Shown here piece after piece: positions 20,036-30,759 of a stretch of 64,000 bases of DNA (its first letter is position 1; each line of letters opens with the position of its first letter). The notes beneath the pieces are model-generated. The model saw only the letters and a program-made list of their open reading frames with translations. It did not search any database and was not told where the DNA came from. The position numbers and the translations under genes are program-made. The DNA comes from Candidatus Moraniibacteriota bacterium (GTDB taxonomy: Bacteria > Patescibacteriota > Minisyncoccia > Moranbacterales > GCA-2747515), in NCBI GenBank assembly GCA_046116545.1, contig CP175956.1, forward strand, positions 897,734 through 961,733. The letters run 5' to 3'.

Positions 20036-23000
20036 TTAATTAACAATAAACCAATTAAATAAGAGATTTTCTTCAGATATCACATCCACCACAATCTTGA
20101 AGAATTGTTCAGCTTGGTTTTCTTCTACAAAAAACGTATTCCCAATCATATCACTAATAGGCGTCACAAACACACGACTACTCTCATGAACTCCATCACT
20201 TTCCACAATAACCTCCGTCTCCCCAGCAACTATAGTAGCAGTTCCAATTGAAGAAGCATTGATTTCATTACCTTGTTCATCTTGGGTTGTTATGTTGTCA
20301 TTGATATTTAATGTATTTGTTTGGATATTATTCACTTTTAAATCATCTAATACAGTTAGGCCTTCTAATGTAGTAACTGGTCTTGTAATCTCTGTTGTAG
20401 TTTCTGTTGTAAACAAGAATCTTTCATTTATTGCTAGTACTGTATCTGAGTTTGTTGATACTATACTTGCTAGAGTTATTTGATCTTGTTCTAGTATATC
20501 CATCCTATCTTCTATTTCTTGTATTGTCTCTGTTGCTAATTTATTTGCATCTATTTGTAGGGATAGGTCACTGACCTGTCCTTCGATATGGTTAAACTTA
20601 TCTTCAATATCATTTAGATTTTCATCTACTGACAACTGTAAATCTTGTAATGTTTGGATATTTGTATTTGTTTGTAATATTGTGTTATTTATTTGAGTAT
20701 CAATTTCACTTATTTTTTCTGGAGTTGGTAGATTTGATATATCTATCAGATTTAGATTTGGTATTTCTAATCCTGTTGTTATATCTGTAATATATATTAG
20801 TTGTTGTCCTGTTAGTTTTTCTATCAATCTTACTGTTTTTGTCATATCTACATTTATTGATTTGTTGTCTTTTTCAGAGTAATAGCTCCATGCTAGTTCT
20901 TCACTTTGTCCTCCTGGTATATTTGAGAAATTATGTGGAGATAGAGTTGTTGTATTTCCTGCTTCATCTCTTACTCTTAGTTCATGGGAACCACTTTGAT
21001 CTACTGCAAATAGTTGTATTCCGTCTGTTATTGATGTTGTTGGGGCTATTGAGTTTGAGATTGTTAGGATATTGTCTGCATTTGTTCCGTAGTTGTTACT
21101 TCCTATTCCTACGTTTCCTGATGTGTAGGCTATGTTGTTTCCTGTTTGGGTCCAGAGTGATGATGCGCTTGCTCCTCCATTTATATCCCATGCGTATATT
21201 CTATATTCTCCTGTTGTCCATCTATTATCTCCCACTGTATTGCCATATGTATTTGTATTATCACCAGAAAATACGTAATCATTTGCAGTTGCTAAATCGA
21301 ATGTATTATCATCTTTAAATAATAAATAATGTCCAGACATTTCTGAAGTGCTTACTTGCGTACCAAATTGAGCAGTAGCATCCCAAACACGACCATTTGG
21401 ATCTTTAAATAAAACTGTTGTATTTAATTCTGAAGTTCCTAAATTATGAGTTAGTTGATAATTATTTTCTTTTGTAACAGCAACCCATCCGCTATCATAA
21501 TCAGGAAGATCCGCTCCACTACCCACAGCATCAGCACATTCCCATTCACTATTTATTTCATTATATGAAAGAGTTTGACCATTTGTGCATGTTGGTAATG
21601 AAGTACTTCCTGATGATTCTTCTATTTTCCAGATTTTTAAGTCTGTAAAGACAGCTGGGTCACTATCAGCAACACCACCTAATCCGATAACATTATTTAC
21701 TTGTGTATAATGAATTACTTTTATAGCTGTTGTCTGTGTTAATGTGATTTGTCCAGATGCTCTCACAGGTACCGTTGCTGCGTCAGCAGGATCACTATAT
21801 AATGTAGAGCCCACCAATAATACATTATCATTTTCATCATCAATACGTAAATTTGTTCTTTGTACTCTTAATGCTGGTGCTTCTACATCTATATAATATG
21901 TACCTACTGGCAACGTTACTTCATTTGCTGTAAGTGCTGTCTCTGCAATTTCATTTATCAAAATTGTATTAAGTGTTCTATGGTTATCTCCTGTACTTGC
22001 ACTACCACCATCTGAACCTGTTGTTTTTTGATCTTGTACATGCATGAGACTCCATGACTGACCTCCACTAATTCCTGAACCAGTAGTAGCATTCAAATTC
22101 ATTACCACCATACTACCATCATCACAATTAACCCAATTTGATCCATCGTACGCTTGCCATATTCCACTTACAAATTTTAAAGATGAACCCATCCTTCTTG
22201 AACTCACACTGCTTATAGTACAAGAATCAGCTATGTAGTTAGAAGTACCTATTACAGTTCCACCTATATTTGTAGCAGCCTCTCCACATCCAACTACATC
22301 ATCAGTTCCATCTCCATCAGATTGTTCATTTGTGCAGTGTAAGAAAATGTTATCTCCGCCTCCACTCAAACTGTCAGCACATTCCCATTCACTACTTGTT
22401 TCATTATATGAAAGAGTTTGACCATCTGTACATGTTGGTAATGATGAGGATGAAGAACTTCCTGCGTATTCGTATATGATAACTGCTCCATTTGCTCCAA
22501 CTGCAGCAGAAGATGCACCACCTCCAGCTCCACCTCCACCTGAACCATATGCACTACCAGCACCAGCACTTGTACTATTATAAGAACCGCCTGTACCACC
22601 ACCACCAAAATATGATGCACCACCAGTACCTGCATTACTATTTATATTTCCAAAACCTGTCCCTCCATCACCACCATCCGTATTTATATCTCCATCAAAA
22701 CCAGAACCACCTGCACCACCAGCTTGTGTATTACCTGAACTTCCACCAGTTGCTGATAATAATGAACCAAAAGAAGAGCTTCCACCTCCATTATTTACTG
22801 TACCCCCAGAACCAATTGTTACTGTCTCACTTGATATTTCTGAGACATCAATAATTTCTTCTGCATAACCACCTGCTCCACCACCTCCAGATGTTTGAGC
22901 AGAACTTCCACCACCACCTGCACCAACAACTTGAACACGAATAGTTTCAATTCCTACTGGTTTTGTCCATGTATGTGCTCCTGCTGTATCAAATGTTTGA

Positions 23001-26000
23001 ATTGATGCTATTCCTCCTCCACCTGAACTTCCACTATCTGTACTAAAAGCACCCCACTGCGTTCCATTACAAAACTCCATGACTTTTGTTGAGTCATTGT
23101 ATCTCATTGCACCTTCTTTGTTTACATCACATGCATCTGTATCATTTGTTAGAGTTATTGATCCTGTTAAGTTTATTGGTGCTGAAAACTCTATTTCATT
23201 TGATATTGTATTATATGATATTACTGCTTCATTTCCATCTTCTCCTATATGTAATGATGATGGTCCTAGGTATAGATCTCTAAATCTATTTGTTGAAGAT
23301 CCTAGGTCGTATGTATCATCTGTATCTGGTCCTATATTTCCTGCTACTTGTAATGTGAAGTTATCTGGAGTTGTTGTTCCTATTCCTACATTACCTAAAT
23401 CATAGTAAATGTCAGATCCACTTTGTGTCCAGATATCTGAATATGCCACACTACTACTTCCACCACTAACTTCTACACTTACTTCGACAGTTCCACTAAA
23501 TGATTCTGGTAATACAGCATACTCAGTAACATCATCACCAGTTGATCCTGTAATGAACATTTTTGTACCATCATTATTGAATGCAATACCTTGTGCTGAC
23601 GTGTCCTGTGCAAGTACACCAAACTTAGAACTATACACAGCAGTAGATACATCAAATGCATTGGAAAGATTGTACTCGTTTACTTCATCACCATTACTTC
23701 CCACAATAAACATCTTTGTTCCTTTGATATTAAAAGTAATATCTTGTGGTCCAGTTTCTTGTGCTGCAACAGAGAAATTAGAATCATATACTGTGGTAGA
23801 TATATCAAATCCCGTTGAGAGATGGTATTCATTAACATCATCACCTGTTACTCCTGTGATGAACATTTTTGTACCATCAGTATTAAATGCAATCCCCGTT
23901 GGAGAGTCTTCTTGTACGGTTATATCAAACCTGGAATCATATACTGCAGTGGACACATCAAATGCAGTAGAAAGATTATATTCATTTATTTCATCTGCTG
24001 TATTTCCTATAATAAACATTTTTGTTCCATCAGTGTTAAATGCTATGCCTTGTGGTGCAGCATCTTCTGAAAAATCAAAAATAGAATCGTATACAGCTGT
24101 TGTCACATCAAATGCGGTGGAGAGATGATATTCATTGATATCAGTACCTGTAGCACCCACAATAAACATTTTTGTTCCATCAGTATTAAATGTAATACCT
24201 TGTGGTGAAGTATCTTGCGCTGCAACACTAAAGCTAGCTGAATAATCGACAGGACTAAATTCAAATCCTCTTGGAAGATGGTATTCATTCACATCATCAC
24301 CCGTTGTGCCTGTAACGAACATTTTTGTACCATCATTATTGAATGCAATATTTTGTGGCAAAGACTCTTGTGCACTCACACTAAATCTGAAAACAAAATT
24401 TGCTGTAGAAATATCAAAACCAGTTGAAAGTTCATATTCATTAATATCAAGACCTACAGAACCAGTTATGAACATTTTTGTACCATCACCGTTAAAAGCA
24501 ATACCTGTTGGCGTAGTGTCTTGCGCTGCAACAGAGAAATTAGAATCATACACTGCAGTAGACACATCAAATCCTGTAGAAAGATGGTACTCGTTTATAT
24601 CATCACCTGTATTTCCTACAATGAACATTTTGGTTCCATCGGTGTTGAAATCAATGCCTTGTGGTGCAGTGTCTTGCGCTGCAACAGAGAAATTAGAATC
24701 ATACACTGCAGTAGACACATCAAATCCTGTAGAAAGATGGTACTCGTTCACATCATCACCACTTGTCCCAACAATGAACATCTTTGTACCATCAGTATTA
24801 AAAGTAACATCATTCGGAGCAGTTTCTTGTGCTGCGACAGAGAAATTAGAATCATACACTGCAGTCGATGTATCAAATCCTATTGAAAGATGGTATTCAT
24901 TGACATCATCACCTGTAGTTCCTGTGATAAACATTTTTGTTCCATCGTTATTAAAAGTAATTCCATTTGGCGCTGTTTCTTGTGCTCCAACACTAAAATT
25001 AGAATCAAATGTTGCAGTTTCACCAACAGTAAACCCTTCACTCACAGATTCAATTTTGATATTATCACTTGCGATTACATCGAAATAGTTATAATCATCA
25101 TCAATTAAACCTATCGTATGTTGCAAAACATCATCAGCAAGAACTCTCATAGAGCCAGTTGATAAATTTTCTGTGTCCACGACAACACGATAGAGACTTG
25201 TTTCCGTAAGGTTCTCAAAAGCAGTCCATGTCTCTGCTGTTGTAAATGTATGATTTAATCCTGATGTTCCTGTTGATAGTCCTCCCCAAGCAGTTCCATT
25301 ACAAAACTCCATGACTTTTGTAGTGTCATTGTATCTCATTGCACCTTCTTTTGTTACGTCACAAGCTGATGCGTCATTATTTAGAGTTATACTTCCTCCT
25401 ATTGCTAGATTGTTTCCATCATATGTGAAGTTTGAGTTTTGAGTTATTGCATTTCCTGCACTATTTGCAAATTGTATTTGATTTGCACTTAGGCTTGCTG
25501 GTGTATCTGTTAATCCTGTATATGTTGAAACTCCTCCACTTGATGTTAGAGAGTTCCATGTTGAACCATCGTATCCTTCTAGGTCTGTTCCTGACCATCT
25601 TATCATTCCTGCTACTGCATTTGTACTTGTCCCAAATACTGCTGCTTTATCAAAGTTGAAAGCTTCGTTTGTTGTATCGTAGCTTATTATTCCTTCATTT
25701 CCGTTTGTTCCTATATGTAGAGAGTTTGGTCCTAGGTATAGGTCTCTGAATCTATTTGTACTACTTCCTAGGTCGTATGTGTCATTTGTTGATGGTAATA
25801 AATTTCCTGTATTTGTTATTTGCAATCTTTCTACTCCATTTGTATCGAATCTTATTGTATCATCATCTAACTCACCTTTATCTGTTTGTATCCCTGTATC
25901 AGTATCTGCATCCCAAAGTGAAGCTAAGTAACCTCCCCCTGCATTGCTTGTTGATTTTATACAGTATAGGACATTTATGTTTGTTGGTCTTGTTTCGTTT

Positions 26001-27436
26001 CCTCCTGAATTTGCACTATTGAATGCTGCTATATCTACTGTGTGCGTATGTGCGCCTGCATAGTTTGTGTAACCAGTATTAAGAGTTGTGGTTGTAAGCC
26101 CAATAGCAACCCTCAGAGTTCCAGCTCCACCCGATGGTGTCGCTCCAGAAATTGAATGCCTGTGATTTCCAGTTGAATTTGTACTAGTACTAGGAGGATC
26201 AACAGAATGAAGATGAGCTTCATTTTGTCCATCTTGCATTGAACCAACAACATCCCCAGTAGTCCCATCACCTCTATCAGTACGACTTGCTGCATCAGGA
26301 TCTGTTCCTGCACCGTTGTCCCAACCTCTTAAAAACTGTCCCCTGTAATCAGGGATATCAAATGTTGTTGAACCATCTCCACTTCCATATGTATCTCCTA
26401 GTATTGTATATAGATCTGGATAACCTGCTCTTGATATTTCTTGACCTTCTGCAGATATATAGTTAGTTGGACATGAGTTTGTTGCAAAGGCTACTACTGT
26501 ACCTGCTGGAACTGTTTCACCTGCACCTCCTGATCCTGAACCTGTACTTAGCTCTTGCCAGTCTGATCCATCACAAAGTTCTAAAGTTTGATTTACTGAA
26601 TTATATCTTGTTGTCCCTGCTAAAACTGGAATACATGCACTTGATTCATTTCCTATCTTTATCCCTCCATTTACATCTAGAGTTGTTGCTGGTGTATTCG
26701 TATTTATTCCTAATCTATTATTTGAGTTATCCCAAAAGAAATTTGTATTATCTTCTTCTATTGCTGTAGGAGATGTGAATAGTACACTTCCTGCAGTATA
26801 TGCACTCATTGTATCTACTAATCCTAAAAATGTATTATCTATCCAATCTGTTCCTGTAGTCGTTGAAGATAATATTTGTCCATTAGTCCCTGCATTTATA
26901 TTTGAATCATAAAGTATTCCACTTACTGATAGATCTCCATCTATTGTTAAATTTGCATTCTTTGTTTGATTTGTTGTTGAATTCAAATAGTAATCTTCTG
27001 TTTGTCCATTAAATCTATGTGAGTTTAAAGCAAAACCTGTAGGAGTTATCTTTCTCCTTGGAGTCATTTCTGGATTTGAGTTTATTGTTACTCCTAAGTA
27101 ATAGTTTGAATCAAAAGATATATCTAATAGGTTATCTCCTGTTTCTCCTAGAGTTGTACTAAATATTCCATTTGTTATTGTAATTGTTTTTGAAGTTGGA
27201 GTTCCACATGATCCTCTACTTGTCCATAGACAATTTCCTCCTGTGTCTGCATCGTATATTGTTAATGTAAAATCATAATCTCCATCTGATACTGCTACGT
27301 TATTAGTATCTGTTAGTTTTCCATGATATGTTAGTTCACTGTCTGGTGCAGCTTGTGTAATTGAAAAATTAAGAATTATTGCTAACGCAATTATTCCTAA
27401 TATGTAAGTTAATTTGTTTTTGAAAGTTTTTTTCAT
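20036..27436 (-). CDS. Giant secreted tail-fibre-like mosaic surface protein (2466 aa)
   Basis: Signal peptide; phage tail-collar domain (PAGTVVAF...TTFDIPDYRGQFLRG); ten ~51-aa propeller repeats; Gly-rich domain; NVGIG motifs; C-terminal coiled coil. Confidence 0.85.
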   Translation of the reverse strand: MKKTFKNKLTYILGIIALAIILNFSITQAAPDSELTYHGKLTDTNNVAVSDGDYDFTLTIYDADTGGNCLWTSRGSCGTPTSKTITITNGIFSTTLGETGDNLLDISFDSNYYLGVTINSNPEMTPRRKITPTGFALNSHRFNGQTEDYYLNSTTNQTKNANLTIDGDLSVSGILYDSNINAGTNGQILSSTTTGTDWIDNTFLGLVDTMSAYTAGSVLFTSPTAIEEDNTNFFWDNSNNRLGINTNTPATTLDVNGGIKIGNESSACIPVLAGTTRYNSVNQTLELCDGSDWQELSTGSGSGGAGETVPAGTVVAFATNSCPTNYISAEGQEISRAGYPDLYTILGDTYGSGDGSTTFDIPDYRGQFLRGWDNGAGTDPDAASRTDRGDGTTGDVVGSMQDGQNEAHLHSVDPPSTSTNSTGNHRHSISGATPSGGAGTLRVAIGLTTTTLNTGYTNYAGAHTHTVDIAAFNSANSGGNETRPTNINVLYCIKSTSNAGGGYLASLWDADTDTGIQTDKGELDDDTIRFDTNGVERLQITNTGNLLPSTNDTYDLGSSTNRFRDLYLGPNSLHIGTNGNEGIISYDTTNEAFNFDKAAVFGTSTNAVAGMIRWSGTDLEGYDGSTWNSLTSSGGVSTYTGLTDTPASLSANQIQFANSAGNAITQNSNFTYDGNNLAIGGSITLNNDASACDVTKEGAMRYNDTTKVMEFCNGTAWGGLSTGTSGLNHTFTTAETWTAFENLTETSLYRVVVDTENLSTGSMRVLADDVLQHTIGLIDDDYNYFDVIASDNIKIESVSEGFTVGETATFDSNFSVGAQETAPNGITFNNDGTKMFITGTTGDDVNEYHLSIGFDTSTAVYDSNFSVAAQETAPNDVTFNTDGTKMFIVGTSGDDVNEYHLSTGFDVSTAVYDSNFSVAAQDTAPQGIDFNTDGTKMFIVGNTGDDINEYHLSTGFDVSTAVYDSNFSVAAQDTTPTGIAFNGDGTKMFITGSVGLDINEYELSTGFDISTANFVFRFSVSAQESLPQNIAFNNDGTKMFVTGTTGDDVNEYHLPRGFEFSPVDYSASFSVAAQDTSPQGITFNTDGTKMFIVGATGTDINEYHLSTAFDVTTAVYDSIFDFSEDAAPQGIAFNTDGTKMFIIGNTADEINEYNLSTAFDVSTAVYDSRFDITVQEDSPTGIAFNTDGTKMFITGVTGDDVNEYHLSTGFDISTTVYDSNFSVAAQETGPQDITFNIKGTKMFIVGSNGDEVNEYNLSNAFDVSTAVYSSKFGVLAQDTSAQGIAFNNDGTKMFITGSTGDDVTEYAVLPESFSGTVEVSVEVSGGSSSVAYSDIWTQSGSDIYYDLGNVGIGTTTPDNFTLQVAGNIGPDTDDTYDLGSSTNRFRDLYLGPSSLHIGEDGNEAVISYNTISNEIEFSAPINLTGSITLTNDTDACDVNKEGAMRYNDSTKVMEFCNGTQWGAFSTDSGSSGGGGIASIQTFDTAGAHTWTKPVGIETIRVQVVGAGGGGSSAQTSGGGGAGGYAEEIIDVSEISSETVTIGSGGTVNNGGGSSSFGSLLSATGGSSGNTQAGGAGGSGFDGDINTDGGDGGTGFGNINSNAGTGGASYFGGGGTGGSYNSTSAGAGSAYGSGGGGAGGGASSAAVGANGAVIIYEYAGSSSSSSLPTCTDGQTLSYNETSSEWECADSLSGGGDNIFLHCTNEQSDGDGTDDVVGCGEAATNIGGTVIGTSNYIADSCTISSVSSRRMGSSLKFVSGIWQAYDGSNWVNCDDGSMVVMNLNATTGSGISGGQSWSLMHVQDQKTTGSDGGSASTGDNHRTLNTILINEIAETALTANEVTLPVGTYYIDVEAPALRVQRTNLRIDDENDNVLLVGSTLYSDPADAATVPVRASGQITLTQTTAIKVIHYTQVNNVIGLGGVADSDPAVFTDLKIWKIEESSGSTSLPTCTNGQTLSYNEINSEWECADAVGSGADLPDYDSGWVAVTKENNYQLTHNLGTSELNTTVLFKDPNGRVWDATAQFGTQVSTSEMSGHYLLFKDDNTFDLATANDYVFSGDNTNTYGNTVGDNRWTTGEYRIYAWDINGGASASSLWTQTGNNIAYTSGNVGIGSNNYGTNADNILTISNSIAPTTSITDGIQLFAVDQSGSHELRVRDEAGNTTTLSPHNFSNIPGGQSEELAWSYYSEKDNKSINVDMTKTVRLIEKLTGQQLIYITDITTGLEIPNLNLIDISNLPTPEKISEIDTQINNTILQTNTNIQTLQDLQLSVDENLNDIEDKFNHIEGQVSDLSLQIDANKLATETIQEIEDRMDILEQDQITLASIVSTNSDTVLAINERFLFTTETTTEITRPVTTLEGLTVLDDLKVNNIQTNTLNINDNITTQDEQGNEINASSIGTATIVAGETEVIVESDGVHESSRVFVTPISDMIGNTFFVEENQAEQFFKIVVDVISEENLLFNWFIVN
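23515..25010 (-). repeat. Ten tandem ~153-bp beta-propeller blade repeats
   Basis: Consensus FSVAAQxxxPxGIxFNxDGTKMFxxG; 81 bp identical at 24515-24595 and 24668-24748. Confidence 0.9.
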
Positions 27437-27647
27437 TTTTTGTGTTTATTGTATCCCCTGTTCTCTCGTATTTACTAAGTTTTTAGTGTTTTTTATTATT
27501 TTCTTTTGTTTGTTTATATGGAGTTAGTATATCATGTTTGGTTTAGTTTGTCTTGTTTTGTTTGTGGATAAGTTTTTTATATTACTTAATGCTATTATCT
27601 ATTATATTTTGAATCCCATTTTTAGTGCTTTAAAAGACACGCAAAGA

Positions 27648-27680
27648 AAAAAGATTAACTACATAGTAGTTAATCTTTTT
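27648..27680 (-). terminator. Intrinsic terminator after rseP
   Basis: AAAAAGATTAACTAC/GTAGTTAATCTTTTT inverted repeat. Confidence 0.8.
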
Positions 27681-27702
27681 AAACATCACATTTTAATTTA
27701 AG

Positions 27703-28902
27703 TTAAAATAATTTCAAAATATCTCTAGCAGTTATCACTAGCATAAGTCCAATCAATGCTACAAAAAATACTGTGTGAAACATATTTTCTATTTTTTGAT
27801 TTATTGGAGACCCTTTTAGCCACTCTATGATAAGAAACATTATACGTCCTCCATCCAAAGCTGGTATTGGAAGTATATTGATAATTCCTAGATTCACACT
27901 CAAAATTGCTGCAAATTGAAGTAAATACACAAATCCCAAATCTCTCATTTGTTGTGTCATCATAGCTATCCCTACAGGACCTGCTACTTCAGCATTAACG
28001 CCACCTCCAGTAACAAGTGTAGATATAAGTGTCCAAAATGCAATCAAAATTGCTTTTGTAAGACCTATAACACGCATAAGTCCCTCCCACATTGCTTCCA
28101 GTGGAGAATACCTAACGATTACAGTTTCTGTCATTGAAATACCAAGAGCTCCTTGTCCCTGTTCCACATCCTGCCTAGGCACACCAACTACCACGATTTC
28201 ACTTTTTCCCCGTGTTACGTGAACTGCAATTTCTTCTCCTTTATGTGTTAAAATCGTATCTTTCAATTGATCTGCAGAAACTATTTCCACACAATCACCA
28301 CCATTACACACACTATCAACACTATCACCAACCTTAAGACCTATTTCATCTGCAGGAGACCCACTTTCCACCTCAACAATCTGAACTCCTATATTTCTAA
28401 CAATATTATCTGTATTTCGCACCATGTCAACCGGCTCTGGAGCACCTATCATAAGCACAATACTCACTAAAACCCAGGCCAAAATAAAGTTCATTGTTAC
28501 ACCAGCAATCAATACTTTAAATTTTACCCACTTTGATTTCACTGAAAAACTATCTGAATCAGTGGACATTTTAACAAACGCTTTATCTGCATCTGATAAT
28601 TCATCCATATTAACATCCTCTTCATTAATAGGACTCTCACCTTTAATACGCACAAATCCACCTAAAGGAATTAGATTTATAGAATATAATGTATTGTTAC
28701 CATAATATTCTTTACTCCCCCACACTTTTTTCCATTTTCCAGTTTTTGCATCCTTCACAACACCAAAAATTCTTGGTGGAAACCCAAAGCCAAATTCATG
28801 AGAAGTTATACCGTTTCTTTTAGCTGTTAAAAAATGTCCCAACTCATGAACAAAGATCAAAATTCCAAGAATTAATCCAAATATCAATACTGTTACAAAC
28901 AT
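27703..28902 (-). CDS. rseP: RseP-like site-2 metalloprotease (M50, PDZ)
   Basis: HELGH, PLGGFV, PDZ, NILPIPALDGG. Confidence 0.93.
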   Translation of the reverse strand: MFVTVLIFGLILGILIFVHELGHFLTAKRNGITSHEFGFGFPPRIFGVVKDAKTGKWKKVWGSKEYYGNNTLYSINLIPLGGFVRIKGESPINEEDVNMDELSDADKAFVKMSTDSDSFSVKSKWVKFKVLIAGVTMNFILAWVLVSIVLMIGAPEPVDMVRNTDNIVRNIGVQIVEVESGSPADEIGLKVGDSVDSVCNGGDCVEIVSADQLKDTILTHKGEEIAVHVTRGKSEIVVVGVPRQDVEQGQGALGISMTETVIVRYSPLEAMWEGLMRVIGLTKAILIAFWTLISTLVTGGGVNAEVAGPVGIAMMTQQMRDLGFVYLLQFAAILSVNLGIINILPIPALDGGRIMFLIIEWLKGSPINQKIENMFHTVFFVALIGLMLVITARDILKLF

Positions 28903-28926
28903 ACTTTTTTATCTAATTTATTTTTA

Positions 28927-29484
28927 TTAAACTGTCATTATATCTTCTTCCTTCTTCTTTCTTAAAGATTCTATTTTATCATTATACTCATCTACGACTT
29001 TTTGTAATTCATCCTTACCAGCAAATTTATCATCTTCAGATATATCACCCTCTTTTTCAGCTTTTTGAATTTCATTCCATACATCTTCTCTAGCATTCCG
29101 AACGCCAACTCTTCCTTCTTCAGCTTTTTGACCTAAAATCTTTACTAATTCCACCCTATTTTCTTCTGTCATAGGTGAAAATGTCAATCTAACAGCTATT
29201 CCATCATTTGAAATAGTTGCTCCCAAGTCAGCATCTACTATTGATTTTTCCATTGCCTCTAAACTTGATTTATCCCAAGGTTGTATCAATAATTGCCTAG
29301 CCTCTGGTACAGAAATATTAGCAATCTGTTTAAGCGGAGTTTCGACTCCATAACAATCAACATTAATTCCTTCTACTATCGCAGGATTTGCCCTTCCAGT
29401 TCTCAATTTCATTGCTTCTTTTTCCAAATGCTCTACTGCATTGTCCATATCATCCTTATGTAATTCTATTATATCTTTATACAT
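28927..29484 (-). CDS. frr: Ribosome recycling factor
   Basis: LRTGRANP, PLKQIANIS, TEENRVELVK. Confidence 0.97.
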   Translation of the reverse strand: MYKDIIELHKDDMDNAVEHLEKEAMKLRTGRANPAIVEGINVDCYGVETPLKQIANISVPEARQLLIQPWDKSSLEAMEKSIVDADLGATISNDGIAVRLTFSPMTEENRVELVKILGQKAEEGRVGVRNAREDVWNEIQKAEKEGDISEDDKFAGKDELQKVVDEYNDKIESLRKKKEEDIMTV

Positions 29485-29485
29485 A

Positions 29486-30535
29486 CTAATTTGATTTTTT
29501 AAGACCTAAATAAATTATATCACTATTGATTGGGTCATGTTCAATAACATCTACGATTCTATTACTTGCAGTATCTGTAATTGCCCAACCATCACCTATA
29601 CTAGTATATACTGCTTTTGCAGCTGCGTATACTAGTTGACTTGAATCGTGTGGATTTACATCCATTGCATGAATTGGTATCCCAACAGTACTTGCTATAA
29701 CATCAACTGGATTCCAAGACTTTCCATAATCCTTTGACCTAGATACTCCACTATCAGTTCCTACAGCAATATCTCCTGACACATATGGACTTACTGTCAT
29801 AGAATACAAACTGCCTTCGAACAATTTTTCCGTCTCGCTGTCTCTATCAATATCATTCCTAATACTTTCAAATGTTGCTCCATCATCTCTAGATTTCACT
29901 ATATCACTAATGCCAATTAATGCATATAACGTATTATCATCAACTGAATCAATAGCTAAATCAACAACAGTATCAGTAGCTAAATATAAATTTTCCCATG
30001 TATTACCAGCATTAACTGTTTTTGCTATTGTGCCTCCACTTGTCCCTAAATATATTACAGCTCCATTTTCCGCTGACATTGTCATGGCAGTTATATTTGT
30101 TCCATCTGCTGGTTCTACATAAATACGATCCCATGTCTCTCCACCATCAATTGTTTTTATTATACTGCCACGACCCTGATACATGCCACTAATATAAAAA
30201 GTATTCGTGTTAAACGGATTTATAACTATATTATCAATATTCAACAATCCACTTTGCAATAAACTCCAAGAATTTGCCCCATCTCTACTGATATATAAAT
30301 CTTTCTTTTCAGTCCCTGCATATACAACATTATTATCTGTTGGATCTATAGCTATAGAACTCACATTTGAACGTGCAAGCGAACTTTCCTCATTTATGAA
30401 ATTGCTTGGTTCAAATGTTTTACCACCATCAATGCTCTTGAAAACTCCTCCAGTAGAATTACCTGACTCACCACCTATACATCCGGATAATACAGAAAGC
30501 GCTGCAAATAAAATTGTTATTGATAAATATTTCAT
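29486..30535 (-). CDS. BNR/Asp-box beta-propeller lipoprotein (start moved to 30535)
   Basis: Lipobox LSGC; repeated S/TxDGGxT/SW/F Asp boxes. Confidence 0.8.
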   Translation of the reverse strand: MKYLSITILFAALSVLSGCIGGESGNSTGGVFKSIDGGKTFEPSNFINEESSLARSNVSSIAIDPTDNNVVYAGTEKKDLYISRDGANSWSLLQSGLLNIDNIVINPFNTNTFYISGMYQGRGSIIKTIDGGETWDRIYVEPADGTNITAMTMSAENGAVIYLGTSGGTIAKTVNAGNTWENLYLATDTVVDLAIDSVDDNTLYALIGISDIVKSRDDGATFESIRNDIDRDSETEKLFEGSLYSMTVSPYVSGDIAVGTDSGVSRSKDYGKSWNPVDVIASTVGIPIHAMDVNPHDSSQLVYAAAKAVYTSIGDGWAITDTASNRIVDVIEHDPINSDIIYLGLKKSN

Positions 30536-30587
30536 ATATAATAAATATACACTAAAAAGTATAAAAAACCAATCCACAAAACTACTA

Positions 30588-30615
30588 TTGCATTATTTTT
30601 TATTTTTGTTATAAT
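30588..30615 (+). promoter_or_regulatory. Promoter for tRNA-Ala/tRNA-Ile
   Basis: TTGCAT-16-TATAAT with TG extension. Confidence 0.6.
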
Positions 30616-30654
30616 AGATTTCGTGATGTTAAATTTACATCCCAAATATTCTAC

Positions 30655-30727
30655 GGGCCAGTAGCTCATCTGGTAGAGCGCCTCACTTGCACTGAGGAGG
30701 TAGCGGGTTCAAGTCCTGTCTGGTCCA
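30655..30727 (+). tRNA. tRNA-Ala(TGC)
   Basis: Cloverleaf, anticodon arm cctca-cTTGCac-tgagg, G3:U70 pair; CCA not encoded. Confidence 0.95.
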
Positions 30728-30759
30728 CAACTTCACAATGCACAATAAAAAAATATTAA

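Noticed and set aside
23515-25010. Possible CRISPR array or DGR template/variable repeats
   Set aside because: Repeats are in-frame 153-bp coding units without unique spacers; no cas or reverse transcriptase gene, and no adenine-specific mismatch pattern was evident
23079-25108. Long plus-strand ORFs (23409..24128, 24306..25088 etc.)
   Set aside because: Antisense shadows of the repetitive giant gene
20036-27436. Prophage suggested by the tail-collar domain
   Set aside because: No capsid, terminase or integrase genes; signal peptide present; flanked by housekeeping genes
27563-27571. Single consensus DnaA box upstream of the giant gene
   Set aside because: One 9-mer in AT-rich DNA is weak evidence
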